A DNA stretch of 47,159 bases from Candidatus Caldarchaeum sp. (lineage in GTDB: Archaea > Thermoproteota > Nitrososphaeria_A > Caldarchaeales > Caldarchaeaceae), in contig JAWBRA010000014.1 of assembly GCA_038844785.1 (NCBI GenBank), positions 1 to 47,159 of the forward strand. Reading direction: 5' to 3'. The notes beneath the pieces are model-generated. The model was not told where the DNA came from. It ran no database searches and saw only the letters and a list, made by a program, of their open reading frames with translations. Positions 9,174 through 19,873 of this stretch are shown piece by piece; the stretch's first letter is position 1, and each line of letters opens with the position of its first letter. The position numbers and the translations under genes are program-made.

Positions 9174-9944
9174 CTACTCGAGACGCGGAGCTATGAGGAA
9201 CTCAATCCTACCTGCTGTTATCGGGAATGATAGCTTGATGGGTTTGTTTGTAGCCAGCTCTATTCCTGTTTCGTTAGACAACGATTTGCTGGCAGACATT
9301 ATTTTCTCAAGGTATGTGAGGCTGAAGCTTGCGGAAACTTCTTTGTCCGCTGAAAGCTCATACAGAAGGCTTCCATCCTTCTCCAGCTTGGTCTGATGGC
9401 TTCCTACGTCACTTTTGCTGGAGAGAATCAAAGTTGAGGGTGTTATAGTTATCCGTGTGTAGTCGCTTACAAGAGCAGCGTCGCTGACGGCTTCGTAGAA
9501 GGCTGATGTTTCCACCCGGCATCTCGCTTCAAAACTAAGCTTCGGAACTGGGGATGGGCCTCCGGTAGACTCCAGCGTGTTGAGGGTGAAGGTTCTCACT
9601 TTACGGGCGGCTGTGTTTTCAAAAACCAGCTTAAGCTTTTTTGCGTTGTCGTCGTATTCGAGAGTTAAAGACTCGTTCCCCGCTCTCTTCAAAAACTTCA
9701 GCAGTTCGGTGATGTTGACCCTTATCTCGACAGGTTTTTCACAAACGTATTCCTCAGCGGCTTCACGGCCAAGCATGAAGTTGACAAGGCTTACGTGAGC
9801 TGGGTCCATGGCTGTCAGCTTCAGAGACTCTTGGTCCGCTATGAAAGAGCCCTCGTCCACGACGGCGGAAATTGCTTTTACGAGGCTTGCGAAATAGTCT
9901 GCCGACGGAAGCTTCAGACGGAAGCCGGGAGCCGTTTCACCCAT
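9174..9944 (-). CDS. pcn: DNA polymerase sliding clamp (PCNA)
   Basis: AMDPAHVSLV, FSLTYL, PIKLSF, FLIAPRLE; 256 aa. Confidence 0.95.
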   Translation of the reverse strand: MGETAPGFRLKLPSADYFASLVKAISAVVDEGSFIADQESLKLTAMDPAHVSLVNFMLGREAAEEYVCEKPVEIRVNITELLKFLKRAGNESLTLEYDDNAKKLKLVFENTAARKVRTFTLNTLESTGGPSPVPKLSFEARCRVETSAFYEAVSDAALVSDYTRITITPSTLILSSKSDVGSHQTKLEKDGSLLYELSADKEVSASFSLTYLEKIMSASKSLSNETGIELATNKPIKLSFPITAGRIEFLIAPRLE

Positions 9945-10028
9945 GCTGCTAATAACCTGTTACACGGGAATTTAATGTTTCAGCGTAATAATCAGGCAAC
10001 ACCCACGTAATTCTAAAGAAACGTTTGC

Positions 10029-10493
10029 ATGTTTTTGGCCATCTCAAAGATAAAAGCGGCACGTTCAGACAAGCTGCCGCCCAGCTTGAGCCGTGTAAGG
10101 AGAAAGGTCAAGTTCGAGATGGAGACGGGAGACGGGGACAAGATATCGATAGTCTTCGAGGGCTCTTTAAACCGTGAAAAACTTTTCCAACTGGCTGATT
10201 TTCTCGAGCTAATCGGAGGTCCGTCAGACAGTCAAGCAGAGCTTCGAGGCAGCAAGCTGACGAAAGTGGTTGAGGTAATAGAGAAGCATCTTCCTTTCAC
10301 ATCCTTCACATCCAGAGACGTGGCTGACTTCTACCAGTATGAATACAGGGAACCCATTCCATTAAGCACGGTCTCAACCTACTTGGCCCGTCTTGCTGAG
10401 AGAGGTTATCTCGAGAGGTCTGGGGCTGGAAACCTAGCGCGATACAGGGTCCTGCACCAAGAAAGTCGTGTAAACAGGGTTGCTGACGTTTAA
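10029..10493 (+). CDS. hypothetical protein with C-terminal winged HTH
   Basis: FTSRDV...IPLSTVSTYLARLAERGYLER wHTH pattern; divergent from pcn. Confidence 0.7.
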   Translation: MFLAISKIKAARSDKLPPSLSRVRRKVKFEMETGDGDKISIVFEGSLNREKLFQLADFLELIGGPSDSQAELRGSKLTKVVEVIEKHLPFTSFTSRDVADFYQYEYREPIPLSTVSTYLARLAERGYLERSGAGNLARYRVLHQESRVNRVADV

Positions 10494-13183
10494 ATGGTTA
10501 TCGGGATTTTTTCCCGTTTCTCGAGCGCTGCCTGTGCAGCGGCCAGCCTTGCGATGGGAACCCTGTAGGGTGAAGCGCTCACGTAGTCAAGCCCTGCCTC
10601 ATGGAAAAACCTTATGCTCGCCGGATCCCCACCATGCTCACCGCATACCCCCACCTCAAGCTCCTGGTTTGACTTCTTGCCCTCAGCGGTCCCGTGTTTA
10701 ACCAGCCAACCAACCCCAGAAATGTCCAAGGTTTCGAAGGGGTTGGCGGGGAGTATTTTCTTCTCCAAATAGTCTGCCATAAACTTAGCCTCCGCATCAT
10801 CCCTGCTGAACCCGAATGTCGTCTGAGTCAGGTCGTTTGTCCCGAAAGAGAAAAAGTCTGCTAGCTCGGCAATCTGGGCTGCGGTTAAAGCAGCCCGCGG
10901 CGTCTCAATCATCGTTCCCACCTTATAACTAATCCTCTCCCCCAGCTCTTCGAAAACTTTTTCAGCAGTTTCGTCGATCACATGCCTTAGATACCTTAGC
11001 TCGTTCTTGTCGCTGACTAGGGGCAGCATTATCTGGACTTCAGCTGTTTCGCCATGGATGCGTCTGACCTCAATGGCTGCGGTCAGTATAGCTCTCACCT
11101 GCATCTCATATATTTCTGGATGGGTTATCGCCAGCCTGCATCCACGATGACCCAGCATAGGGTTGTGTTCATGAAGCTGCTGAACCTTCCTGAGCAAAGC
11201 CTGTTTCTCAGCCAGCTCAGATTCTATCCCAGGTTTGTTGACGAGCTCAAGCATTTCTCTTAGAATCTGGTCGGCTGGTGGCAGGAACTCATGGAGTGGA
11301 AGGTCGAGCAACCTGACGGTCACAGGCAACCCTCTCATAGCTGTGAAGATCTCCTTGAAATCCTCGACTTGGAACGGGAGCAGCTTCTGTAAGGCTTTCC
11401 TTCTTCCCTCATCGTCCGATGCCATGATCATCTCCCTTACTATGGGAAGCCTGTTGGGCGCGTTGAACATACGCTCTGTTCTGCATAGCCCTATCCCCTC
11501 TGCTCCGAACCCTCTCGCCTTGGCCGCAGCCTCAGGCGTGTCGGCGTTAGCCCTCACGCCGAGCTTTCTATACCTATCCGCCATGCTGAGGAGTGTTTTC
11601 AGCTCCTGGGTTAACTCAGGCTCGACTGTGGGTACTTCGCCGAGAAAAACAAGTCCCGAGCCGCCGTCGATGGTTATGACTTCACCGTGTTTAACGATAG
11701 TTCCGTCAGCGGTCTTGAAGTAGCCCTCATCCATGTATATGCGGATGCTCTCACACCCTACTACAGCAGGCTTACCCATCCCACGCGCAACAACGGCTGC
11801 GTGAGATGTCATACCTCCTCGAGAGGTCAAAACACCTTGGGCGGCGATTATTCCTTTAATGTCCTCAGGCGTTGTTTCAGGCCTCACAAGTATGACCTTC
11901 TCGCCCTTAGAACCTCTTGCAGCAGCCTCGTCGGTGTCGAAGACAACTATGCCCGTAGCAGCTCCAGGTGAGGCGTTGAGGCCTTTAGCTATGGGTGTTG
12001 CTTTGACGTCTGGATGGAGGCGTCTGTGTAGAAGCTGGTTAAGCTCCAGCGGGTCTATCCGCGCTATCGCCTCCTCAGGTGATATCAGGCCCTCATTGAC
12101 CATGTCAACAGCTATCTTGACGGCGGCCTGCGCCGTTCTCTTACCGTTGCGTGTTTGGAGCATGTAGAGCTTTCCGTTCTCGACTGTGAATTCAAAGTCC
12201 TGCATGTCTTTGAAATGTTGCTCCAGCTTCGCCGCAATCTCCTCCAACTGCTTGATAAGGTGTGGGGGCATTTTTTCAATGGGAAGCGGGGTTCTTATCC
12301 CCGCTACTACATCCTCTCCCTGAGCTTTTGGAAGATACTCGCCGTAAAGCTTTTTCTCACCCGTCGAAGGATTGCGTGTAAAACCTACACCCGACCCGGA
12401 ATCGTCTCCCAGGTTTCCGAAAACCATGGCTTGAATGTTGACGGCCGTCCCCAAGTCATCAGGTATTTTGTAGTACTTTCTGTACTCGACCGCTCGCGGG
12501 TTATTCCATGATTTGAAGACAGCTTCCACGGCCATCTGAAGCTGTTTCCAAGGGTCTTGGGGGAAATCAATCCCAGCGTGTTCTCTGAAAACTTTTTTGA
12601 ACTGTTCCACCAGCTTCTTCAGCTCAGAGGCAGGGATCTCCACATCGGATTTGACGCCTAAACGATGCTTCGTCTCATCCAACAGTTTCTCGAAAACATC
12701 CCCTTTAACCCCCATGGCTATGCGGCCAAACATTTGGATCAGACGGCGGTACGCGTCGTAGACAAACCTTTCATCACCGGTCAGTTTCACAAGACCCTCA
12801 GCCACTCTATCGTTCAGCCCGAGGTTTAGAATGGTGTCCATCATGCCAGGCATCGAATATGGTGCACCTGACCTAACCGATAGAAGCAGAGGTTTTGAGG
12901 GGTCGCCCAGCCTTTTACCTGTCTTAGCCTCCAGCAGGGCAAGCTTTTCCCTCAGTTCTTCAAACAACCTTTCCGGGACTCTGCCGCCGTTTCTATAGTA
13001 TTCTTTACAGGCGGAAGTTAATATGATGAGGCCCGGGGGGACTGGTAGGCCCATGGCCGTCATCTGGACAAGCCCGTATCCTTTTCCGCCCAGCTCAAAC
13101 CTGCTAAGCCCCACAAAATCTTCAAAAAGGCCGATGAACCCCATATTCGGAAAAAGTTTTCCAAGCTTCAATATAAGCTGCAC
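10490..13183 (-). CDS. ppdK: pyruvate, phosphate dikinase
   Basis: LGGKG, SVRSGA..SMPGMMDT, GGMTSHAAVVARG (phospho-His), GIGLCRTE, FSFGTNDLTQ, CGEHGG. Confidence 0.97.
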   Translation of the reverse strand: MQLILKLGKLFPNMGFIGLFEDFVGLSRFELGGKGYGLVQMTAMGLPVPPGLIILTSACKEYYRNGGRVPERLFEELREKLALLEAKTGKRLGDPSKPLLLSVRSGAPYSMPGMMDTILNLGLNDRVAEGLVKLTGDERFVYDAYRRLIQMFGRIAMGVKGDVFEKLLDETKHRLGVKSDVEIPASELKKLVEQFKKVFREHAGIDFPQDPWKQLQMAVEAVFKSWNNPRAVEYRKYYKIPDDLGTAVNIQAMVFGNLGDDSGSGVGFTRNPSTGEKKLYGEYLPKAQGEDVVAGIRTPLPIEKMPPHLIKQLEEIAAKLEQHFKDMQDFEFTVENGKLYMLQTRNGKRTAQAAVKIAVDMVNEGLISPEEAIARIDPLELNQLLHRRLHPDVKATPIAKGLNASPGAATGIVVFDTDEAAARGSKGEKVILVRPETTPEDIKGIIAAQGVLTSRGGMTSHAAVVARGMGKPAVVGCESIRIYMDEGYFKTADGTIVKHGEVITIDGGSGLVFLGEVPTVEPELTQELKTLLSMADRYRKLGVRANADTPEAAAKARGFGAEGIGLCRTERMFNAPNRLPIVREMIMASDDEGRRKALQKLLPFQVEDFKEIFTAMRGLPVTVRLLDLPLHEFLPPADQILREMLELVNKPGIESELAEKQALLRKVQQLHEHNPMLGHRGCRLAITHPEIYEMQVRAILTAAIEVRRIHGETAEVQIMLPLVSDKNELRYLRHVIDETAEKVFEELGERISYKVGTMIETPRAALTAAQIAELADFFSFGTNDLTQTTFGFSRDDAEAKFMADYLEKKILPANPFETLDISGVGWLVKHGTAEGKKSNQELEVGVCGEHGGDPASIRFFHEAGLDYVSASPYRVPIARLAAAQAALEKREKIPITI

Positions 13184-14166
13184 TGTCGCGCTACCTGCTC
13201 TATAATGTTTAGAATGTCTGTAAGTTCTTTACCACGCCGCGGCTGAGGGTAGATAAGGGGCGTGACACCTACTCGCCGGTATTCTTCAAGTTTTTGTAAG
13301 AAGGATGTGTCGCATAGTATGGCCACGGCTTCAACCAGCTCGTTAGGAATGCTTTCTGCCGCAGCGTCCCGCCCACCGTTTTTGAAAGCCCTCAAAACCT
13401 TATCGACGACAGGTCCATGCCCAGCCTCAGCTAAGATCCGCTGGTATGTCGGTGCAAGAACGTAGAAGGCTATGGATTTTTTCAAGGCCGTCACCGAGTC
13501 TTGGGAGCTTGAGGCTGCGGCTAACACGAAGGAGTATCGCTTTACGGCTTGAGATGTTCTTCCAGCTCTTCGAAGGCCTTCATCAAGCCATCTAGACACA
13601 TATCCGGCCGCGTTTGGGTCGAATAGGTTGAGTATAACGCCGTCAGCCATCATGCCGGCCAGCGTCAGCATTCGGGGGTTGAGCGCTGCCAAGAAAACTG
13701 GAGGCGGCTGTTGAACTTTGATCCAGAGCCTCACGCCGTCGACTTTATAAAACGACCCCTTGAAAGTGACTCTATCACCCGAGAGGAAAGACCTGACCAG
13801 CTTGATGTATTCCTCCATCCTCTCCGTAGGCTTCACAGGGTCTAAACCATGTCCCCGCCGGGTTATCTCTGGCCCCCCGCTTCCCAGCCCTAGGATAAAA
13901 CGGTTGTCTGAGAGCTCTTGGAGGGTTGCGGCCATCATGGCTGTGGCCATCGGTGTACGCGAGTAAATGCTTACAATAGCCGTTCCAAGTTTGATTCTTT
14001 CCGTTGAGTATGCTGCCAGCGCGATCATGGGAGGCGACGACCTGCTCATCTCCTCTGTTATCCAGAGGCTTTCAAACCCCAGCGACTCAGCTTTCTGGGC
14101 AACTATAGAGGCTTGACGGGCGGTCACGTCGATGCTTCTGACACACAATCCTATCCCATCAACCAA
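13168..14166 (-). CDS. LLM-class (luciferase-like) flavin/F420-dependent oxidoreductase
   Basis: AESLGFESLWITE, IKLGTAI, RFILGLGSG, AALNPRML..AG..ADG. Confidence 0.88.
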   Translation of the reverse strand: MVDGIGLCVRSIDVTARQASIVAQKAESLGFESLWITEEMSRSSPPMIALAAYSTERIKLGTAIVSIYSRTPMATAMMAATLQELSDNRFILGLGSGGPEITRRGHGLDPVKPTERMEEYIKLVRSFLSGDRVTFKGSFYKVDGVRLWIKVQQPPPVFLAALNPRMLTLAGMMADGVILNLFDPNAAGYVSRWLDEGLRRAGRTSQAVKRYSFVLAAASSSQDSVTALKKSIAFYVLAPTYQRILAEAGHGPVVDKVLRAFKNGGRDAAAESIPNELVEAVAILCDTSFLQKLEEYRRVGVTPLIYPQPRRGKELTDILNIIEQVARQCSLY

Positions 14167-14246
14167 GTGAGGCCACCAACCATTCTTCGACGGTTACCAC
14201 ATTCCAAACGATAAATAAGCGATTAAAAGAGTGTTCTGACATAGGT

Positions 14247-14963
14247 TTGAGGCGTAGGGCTTTTTTCACAGCCGCGGCTTCAACTGTTGCCGCTGGAGCG
14301 ATTAGCCTTGCCTTCAACGACGTGGGAAGGCTGGAGGCTAGCTATCTTAGAGTAGGTCTCGGATGCAAAATGGTTTTTCTCCCAGACCTTCACCTACACG
14401 GCGACGGCGTCTATGAGAGAAGGCTTCTAGAAAAGGTAAACGAGCTGGGCCCCGACGTAGCGGTACTTGGGGGCGATTTGGTGGATAGGTTAACACATGA
14501 TATTGGCTTCGTCGAGGGGTTCATTTCAGCCATAAACGCTTCTGAGAAGTTTTACGTCCTTGGCAATCATGAATACTGGAGCGGGTACGCGAGCATGGTT
14601 AGAAACCTGCTGGACAAACACGGCTACAGGGAGTTGAGGGGGGCGGTTGAAAGCAGGTACGTAGGAAGTTTGTACGGTTTAGACTGGCGTGATGACAGGG
14701 TTTATCCCTTTGTCGAGAGCCATGGCTTGGTCGTAGTCCACGACCCCAACGCCGCAGACTACATTAAAGGAGACTGCATCATTCTCGCCGGACACACCCA
14801 TGGAGGGCTGGTCATAAACAACCAAACGCTTTTAAGCAACTCAAAGTATGTCCGCGGCCTTTACAGGCTAGGAAACGGCACCATCCTTTACGTCTCGCGG
14901 GGTCTCGGGCAAATGATACCTGTAAGGCTGCTCTCTCCCCCTGAACTTCTTGTACTTGTTTAA
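14247..14963 (+). CDS. calcineurin-like metallophosphoesterase with Tat-like signal
   Basis: MRRRAFF signal; DLH, GD, GNHE, HDP, GHTHGG, SRGLG. Confidence 0.88.
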   Translation: MRRRAFFTAAASTVAAGAISLAFNDVGRLEASYLRVGLGCKMVFLPDLHLHGDGVYERRLLEKVNELGPDVAVLGGDLVDRLTHDIGFVEGFISAINASEKFYVLGNHEYWSGYASMVRNLLDKHGYRELRGAVESRYVGSLYGLDWRDDRVYPFVESHGLVVVHDPNAADYIKGDCIILAGHTHGGLVINNQTLLSNSKYVRGLYRLGNGTILYVSRGLGQMIPVRLLSPPELLVLV

Positions 14964-14998
14964 AACTCTTAATAACAGGCGATGAACCCTGTCAACGG

Positions 14999-15511
14999 AT
15001 GCAGGAGACGGAAAAGGCCAGTAGAGCGGGAGCGCTTTTCAGAAACGTTAGAATTGAGGATTTGATTCAAGTCATGAACATAAACAGGATATGCTTGCCT
15101 GAAAACTATACATACGGGTTCTTCGAGGACTTGGCCAGAGATTTCCCCAAGTCTTTTTGGGTGGCAGAGGTAGACGGTAAGATAGTTGGCTACATAATGT
15201 GCCGTGTAGAAAGAATCTTCTCCAAGTTTGATTTCCTCAAAATCAGAAAGGCTGGACACATCGTGTCTATCGCTGTCCTACCTGAATACAGGAGAAGGGG
15301 TGTGGCGACAGAGCTGATTAAGCTGGCCCTTAACTCGCTGACGGTTGAGTATGGATGTGAGGAGGCATACCTTGAGGTGAGAGTTTCCAACCATGCTGCA
15401 ATCTCTCTATACACGAAGCTTGGGTTTACACCCCGTGAGGTTCAGAAAAGATACTACATGGACGGTGAGGACGCTCTGCTGATGGCTGTAAAGCTTCAGC
15501 CTCTTTCCTGA
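14999..15511 (+). CDS. N-alpha-acetyltransferase Ard1/RimI family
   Basis: NRICLPENY, GHIVSIAV..YRRRG, LEVRVSN..AI.LY, YYMDGEDA. Confidence 0.92.
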   Translation: MQETEKASRAGALFRNVRIEDLIQVMNINRICLPENYTYGFFEDLARDFPKSFWVAEVDGKIVGYIMCRVERIFSKFDFLKIRKAGHIVSIAVLPEYRRRGVATELIKLALNSLTVEYGCEEAYLEVRVSNHAAISLYTKLGFTPREVQKRYYMDGEDALLMAVKLQPLS

Positions 15512-16191
15512 AAGTGTTTTACGACCCTCTTAGCCTCCTCCAAGTCCTTATGGCTGTCTATGCTTATCCACTCCTCGTTATCGTAGGGCATAGCCTTTAT
15601 CGCATTCATCTCAACCAGAAGCGGGAAAGTCACCTTCTCCAAATCGCCCGAGTCAGGGAGATACTTGAAGATCTCCGATGTAAATGCGTAAACACCGGCG
15701 TTTATGTAGTTGGGAAGCTGAGGTTTCTCAGCGAATTTTCTGACGATGAGTGTTTTCTCATCGAACTCGACGATGCCGTAGGGGGATGGAAGCCTAGTCA
15801 ACGCGATGCATGCAATACATCCGTCGAGAACTTCAACCATTTTAAGCGGGTTCAGGGTTGTTAGAACGTCTCCGTTGACAACTATGAAAGACTTGTCAGA
15901 TTTGAGGATGTGCTCACCGTTTTTTAAGGCGCCGCCCGTTCCGAGCGGCTCGTCTTCAACCGAGTAGCCTATTTTAACCCCAAGCTTGCTGCCGCTGCCC
16001 AGCACCTCTATTATTTTCTCCCTCAAATAGCCAGCGCATACAACGAACTCCCTTATGCCGAAGCTTTTCAGCCACTCAATCTGCCAGACTATGATGGGTT
16101 TCCCGGCGACGTCCAGCAAGGGTTTTGGAAGGGTCTCTGTCAAAGGCTTGAGGCGTTTTCCAAAACCTCCCGCCAGCAAAACCGCCTTCAA
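15496..16191 (-). CDS. sugar-phosphate nucleotidyltransferase
   Basis: LAGGFGKRLKPLT..LPKPL, EPLGTGGA, VNGD, FAEKP, INAGVY. Confidence 0.9.
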   Translation of the reverse strand: MKAVLLAGGFGKRLKPLTETLPKPLLDVAGKPIIVWQIEWLKSFGIREFVVCAGYLREKIIEVLGSGSKLGVKIGYSVEDEPLGTGGALKNGEHILKSDKSFIVVNGDVLTTLNPLKMVEVLDGCIACIALTRLPSPYGIVEFDEKTLIVRKFAEKPQLPNYINAGVYAFTSEIFKYLPDSGDLEKVTFPLLVEMNAIKAMPYDNEEWISIDSHKDLEEAKRVVKHFQERG

Positions 16192-16197
16192 AAACCA

Positions 16198-17637
16198 TCA
16201 CCTAACTATCCTGACGCGTTCACCCTCCTTCAAATCCTCTATGATGACCCCACGGTCGGCGAGCTCTGACCTGATTTTATCTCCCAGGTCGTACAGCCCA
16301 CGTTTCCTCAACTCTCTCCTCACATCCAGTAAAAGCTTTAGCAACTGTGTTGGCTCCAACCCTTTCACGTGCTCTGGCCTATCTTGAAACAGGCCAAGGA
16401 TGCCGAGCATCTTATACAATGTACCTTTAGCATAGACCAAGTCGTCCCTAACTAAACCTTGTTTTTCAATACTTGAGTTGACGAACCTAACAAACTCGTG
16501 CAGGCTTGCTATGGCGTTTGATGTGTTGAAGTCGTTTGACATAAAACCTATAAAATCATCCATATAGATATCAACCCTAGACCTGAACTCTGCCGAGCCT
16601 TTCCCTGCTTCAGCGGTTTCCTCAAGAATATGGAGGTCGTCTAAAAGGTTTTTGATTCTAGATACGTTTTCAGAGGCTTGCTCCATAGCCTTCTCAGAGT
16701 AGTCCAGCGGAGTTCGGTAGTGGGCTGACAGGATGAAAAACCTTACGACATCTCTAGAATAGTTCTTCAACACGTCCCTGATTGTTAGGAAGTTGCCGAA
16801 CGACTTGTGCATTCCCTTCCCGCCGACTGTGAGCTCTCCCGTGTGCAGCCAGTATTTTACGAATGGTTTTTTGCCGGTGATAGCCTCAGACTGTGCAATC
16901 TCGTTTTCATGATGGGGAAATATTAGGTCTTGACCGCCTCCGTGGATGTCTATCTGTTCGCCTAAATACTTCATGCTCATCACCGAACATTCTATATGCC
17001 ATCCTGGAAAACCTCTCCCCCAAGGCGTCTTCCATGACAGCGGGTAGTCCTCCGGCGCTTCTTTCCAGAGGGCGAAGTCGGCCGGGTTTCGTTTCCTAGG
17101 GTCAGGGTCTATCCTATGTTTAACCAGCTCCTCGGCCTTTATTCCGGAAAGCTTCCCATAGTCCGTGACTTTGCTCACGTCGAAGTATATGCTGCCGTCA
17201 ACTTTGTAGGCGTAGCCTTTGTCCAAAAGTTTCTCAACAGCTTCTATTATGTCAGGTATGTGCATGCTAGCCCTCGGCTGTATGTCTGGTCTTCTAACGC
17301 CTAGCGCGTTCATATCGCTGAAAAACTCCATCATGTATTTGTCAGCAACTTCCATGGGGTGTTTTTTCAGCCTTGCAGCACCCTGCATCATCTTGTCCTC
17401 TCCCGTCTCACGGAGATGGCCTACATCCGTAACATTCCTAGCATACTTGACTGTGTAGCCCATGAACTCTAGGAACCTTATGATTGCGTCAAACGCCACA
17501 TAGGTGCGCGCGTGACCCAAGTGGGCCACGTCGTAGACGGTGGGGCCGCATACATATATGGTGACAAACCCAGCCGTCCAAGGCTCGAAAACCTCAAGAG
17601 ACCTAGACAGAGTGTTGTAAAGCCTTATCCTTTTCAA
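16198..17637 (-). CDS. cysS: cysteine--tRNA ligase
   Basis: [43 protein letters not shown]; KMSKS appears as GMHKS. Confidence 0.96.
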   Translation of the reverse strand: MKRIRLYNTLSRSLEVFEPWTAGFVTIYVCGPTVYDVAHLGHARTYVAFDAIIRFLEFMGYTVKYARNVTDVGHLRETGEDKMMQGAARLKKHPMEVADKYMMEFFSDMNALGVRRPDIQPRASMHIPDIIEAVEKLLDKGYAYKVDGSIYFDVSKVTDYGKLSGIKAEELVKHRIDPDPRKRNPADFALWKEAPEDYPLSWKTPWGRGFPGWHIECSVMSMKYLGEQIDIHGGGQDLIFPHHENEIAQSEAITGKKPFVKYWLHTGELTVGGKGMHKSFGNFLTIRDVLKNYSRDVVRFFILSAHYRTPLDYSEKAMEQASENVSRIKNLLDDLHILEETAEAGKGSAEFRSRVDIYMDDFIGFMSNDFNTSNAIASLHEFVRFVNSSIEKQGLVRDDLVYAKGTLYKMLGILGLFQDRPEHVKGLEPTQLLKLLLDVRRELRKRGLYDLGDKIRSELADRGVIIEDLKEGERVRIVR

Positions 17638-17794
17638 GCCGGCTTTTTACCTACTGCGAATAATATATTTTTGAAGATGAGCACTTCAGCGAAAAATTTA
17701 TAAGCTAGGATAAACATGATTAAAGCAGAAAGACTTATAGGCAGAGGCATATGCACACTTCCTGCCTATATGTCTTTCTTGAGGGTGGAAAGGA

Positions 17795-18718
17795 TTGGTT
17801 AGAAAGAGTTGGAGAGAGTTGGAGTTTTGTCCGGAATGTGGAAACGAGATGCTTGTCACAGACCAGAGGACCGGGGAGGTTACATGCCCCGTCTGCGGCT
17901 ACGTAGTCCAGGAAAAGGATGTCGACATGGGACCTGAGTGGCGAAACCTTGACGAGGAAGAGGGTAGCAGAAGCAGAGTTGGAGCACCGCTGTCGCCGAT
18001 GTACAGAGACCACGGCCTGTCGACGGTGATTGAGAGGATTGACGAAGACGCGGCTGGAAGAAAGCTGTCGAAGGAAACGCGGGAGAAAATGCTTAGGCTT
18101 AAAAAGCTCGACGCAACATCCCAGATAAACTCCAGCGAGACAAGAAATCTTCAGCAAGCCGTAAACATACTCCAGATATACTATGACAAGCTACGTCTCT
18201 CACAACCTGTTGCCGAGAGGGCTATGCTGATATACAGAAGGGCTTTGAAGGCAGGGCTTGTTAGGGGCAGGTCGATAAAATCGATAATGGCTGCAGCCAC
18301 ATATGCTGCTTGCAGAATGCTCGGAACGCCACGGGACCTGAGAGAGTTTGAACGGGCTTACCCGGCGGTAAAACGTAAGACGATTGCACAAGGTTACAGA
18401 CTGCTGCTCAAACACCTAGGGCTGAAAGTTCCCGTCGCAGACCCTTCAATCTACGTCAACAAAATAGCTTCTAAGGTAGGCTTGGACCAGAGAACTGTGC
18501 AAGAGGCTTTGAGGCTTCTGAACGAAGCGGTGAAGAAGAAGGCGACGGTTGGTAAAGACCCTGTCGGAATCGCCGCAGCAGCCTTATACATGGCTTGCCA
18601 AGAGACGGCTCAAAGCCTTACGCAAAAAGACATAGCCAAGGCCGCTGGCGTGACAGAAGTCACTGTGCGAAACCGGTTCAAAGGGTTGAAGGACATCCTC
18701 GAAAGCGTAGCGGCCTAG
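17795..18718 (+). CDS. tfb: transcription initiation factor IIB
   Basis: CPECG..CPVCG zinc ribbon, GPEWR, RVGAP, VRGRS, GKDP.GIAAAALY, GVTEVTVRNR. Confidence 0.96.
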   Translation: MVRKSWRELEFCPECGNEMLVTDQRTGEVTCPVCGYVVQEKDVDMGPEWRNLDEEEGSRSRVGAPLSPMYRDHGLSTVIERIDEDAAGRKLSKETREKMLRLKKLDATSQINSSETRNLQQAVNILQIYYDKLRLSQPVAERAMLIYRRALKAGLVRGRSIKSIMAAATYAACRMLGTPRDLREFERAYPAVKRKTIAQGYRLLLKHLGLKVPVADPSIYVNKIASKVGLDQRTVQEALRLLNEAVKKKATVGKDPVGIAAAALYMACQETAQSLTQKDIAKAAGVTEVTVRNRFKGLKDILESVAA

Positions 18719-19023
18719 ATAACCTCTATGTTTTCCTCCGAAAGGCCCATCTGCAGCAGAGCGTCTCTCGCCTTATCTCGATGGTCGCCTTGCAAGAGTA
18801 TCATGCCGTCTTTGACCACTCCACCGCATGCAAGCACAGTTTTTAGCCGGGAGGCTATCTCCTGCAGGTCTTTTTTCGTCCCGTTCAAACCTTCGATGAC
18901 GGTGGTTGGCTTGTTCCATTTACGTCGCTCAAGCTTTATCTTCACCCTCTGCTGTTCACGGCTTATCGTGCCGCAAACGCAGATCGATTTGGGGAGACCG
19001 CATGTGGGGCATATGTCCGCCAT
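18715..19023 (-). CDS. translation initiation factor aIF-1 (SUI1)
   Basis: CPTCGLP..CVC, T.IEG, LK..LACGG, LQGDHR. Confidence 0.93.
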   Translation of the reverse strand: MADICPTCGLPKSICVCGTISREQQRVKIKLERRKWNKPTTVIEGLNGTKKDLQEIASRLKTVLACGGVVKDGMILLQGDHRDKARDALLQMGLSEENIEVI

Positions 19024-19069
19024 TATTTCTTCCTCTTCCTCACCTAACTATGTGTCTCAAGGGTTGTTT

Positions 19070-19792
19070 TTAAGCGTTAGCGCCCCCAACACCACGGTCA
19101 TAAACCGTCTTTCTTCTCCGGTATTCCTCTATGTCGTAAGCGTATTTCGCCGGTACGCCGTAGACGACCACGTTTGGGGGAACGTTCTTTGTCACAACAG
19201 ACCCGGCTCCCACTACCGCACCCTCGCCTATCTCGACGCCTGGCAGTATTACGGCACCAGCTCCTATAACAGCGCCTTCACCTATAGAAGGCCCTTTCAA
19301 CGGAGAAGCGACAGGATAAGGGTCGTTGGTCATAACCACACCAGGCCCAATGAACACCCTGTCCATCACTTTGGTCAAATGCGGAATATATACGCTGGAT
19401 TGTATGTTGACGTCACGTCCTATTAGAACAGTGCCGTCGAGAAGCGTGTAGCTGCCTATTCGTGAACCGCTTCTTATAACGCTGCCCGACCTGATGAGCA
19501 CGTTATGTCCCAGCTCCACCCCGCTCTCAATCATGACGTCGTCGTAGATGACACATCCTCTTCTGACAACGCAGCCAGGCCCTATGAAGGAGCCTAAGCT
19601 CGCCCTGTCAAGGATGTCTGCAACAGAGCCGAAGTCTCCAATACAGTCCATAAGCCTTTTACGCGACGGATAGCCAACAGTTACTCCGTCGTCAATTAAA
19701 GCTCTTTCACCTATTTCTGTGGGGCCGTAGACATAAGAAAACTTTGAGACGAAACCGTTAATCTTCGCACGGGGCGATATGTACCCCGACAT
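19070..19792 (-). CDS. hexapeptide-repeat (left-handed beta-helix) acyltransferase
   Basis: Repeated hexapeptides, FIGPGVVMTNDPYP, VGAGSVVTK.VP..VV.GVPA; ATG 19792 preferred. Confidence 0.88.
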   Translation of the reverse strand: MSGYISPRAKINGFVSKFSYVYGPTEIGERALIDDGVTVGYPSRKRLMDCIGDFGSVADILDRASLGSFIGPGCVVRRGCVIYDDVMIESGVELGHNVLIRSGSVIRSGSRIGSYTLLDGTVLIGRDVNIQSSVYIPHLTKVMDRVFIGPGVVMTNDPYPVASPLKGPSIGEGAVIGAGAVILPGVEIGEGAVVGAGSVVTKNVPPNVVVYGVPAKYAYDIEEYRRRKTVYDRGVGGANA

Positions 19793-19873
19793 CGTGGCAA
19801 GACACCGTGGACTGTATTTAATTTTTGCTTCGGATTTAAATCTATATAGGCTAAAGATGGTAGTGTTGTTTGA

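Noticed and set aside
9043-9396. 117-aa ORF
   Set aside because: Antisense to tRNA-Pro and pcn.
18728-19426. 232-aa ORF and other long antisense ORFs (e.g. 585..1106, 11235..11723, 42300..42875)
   Set aside because: Shadow frames opposite well-supported genes.
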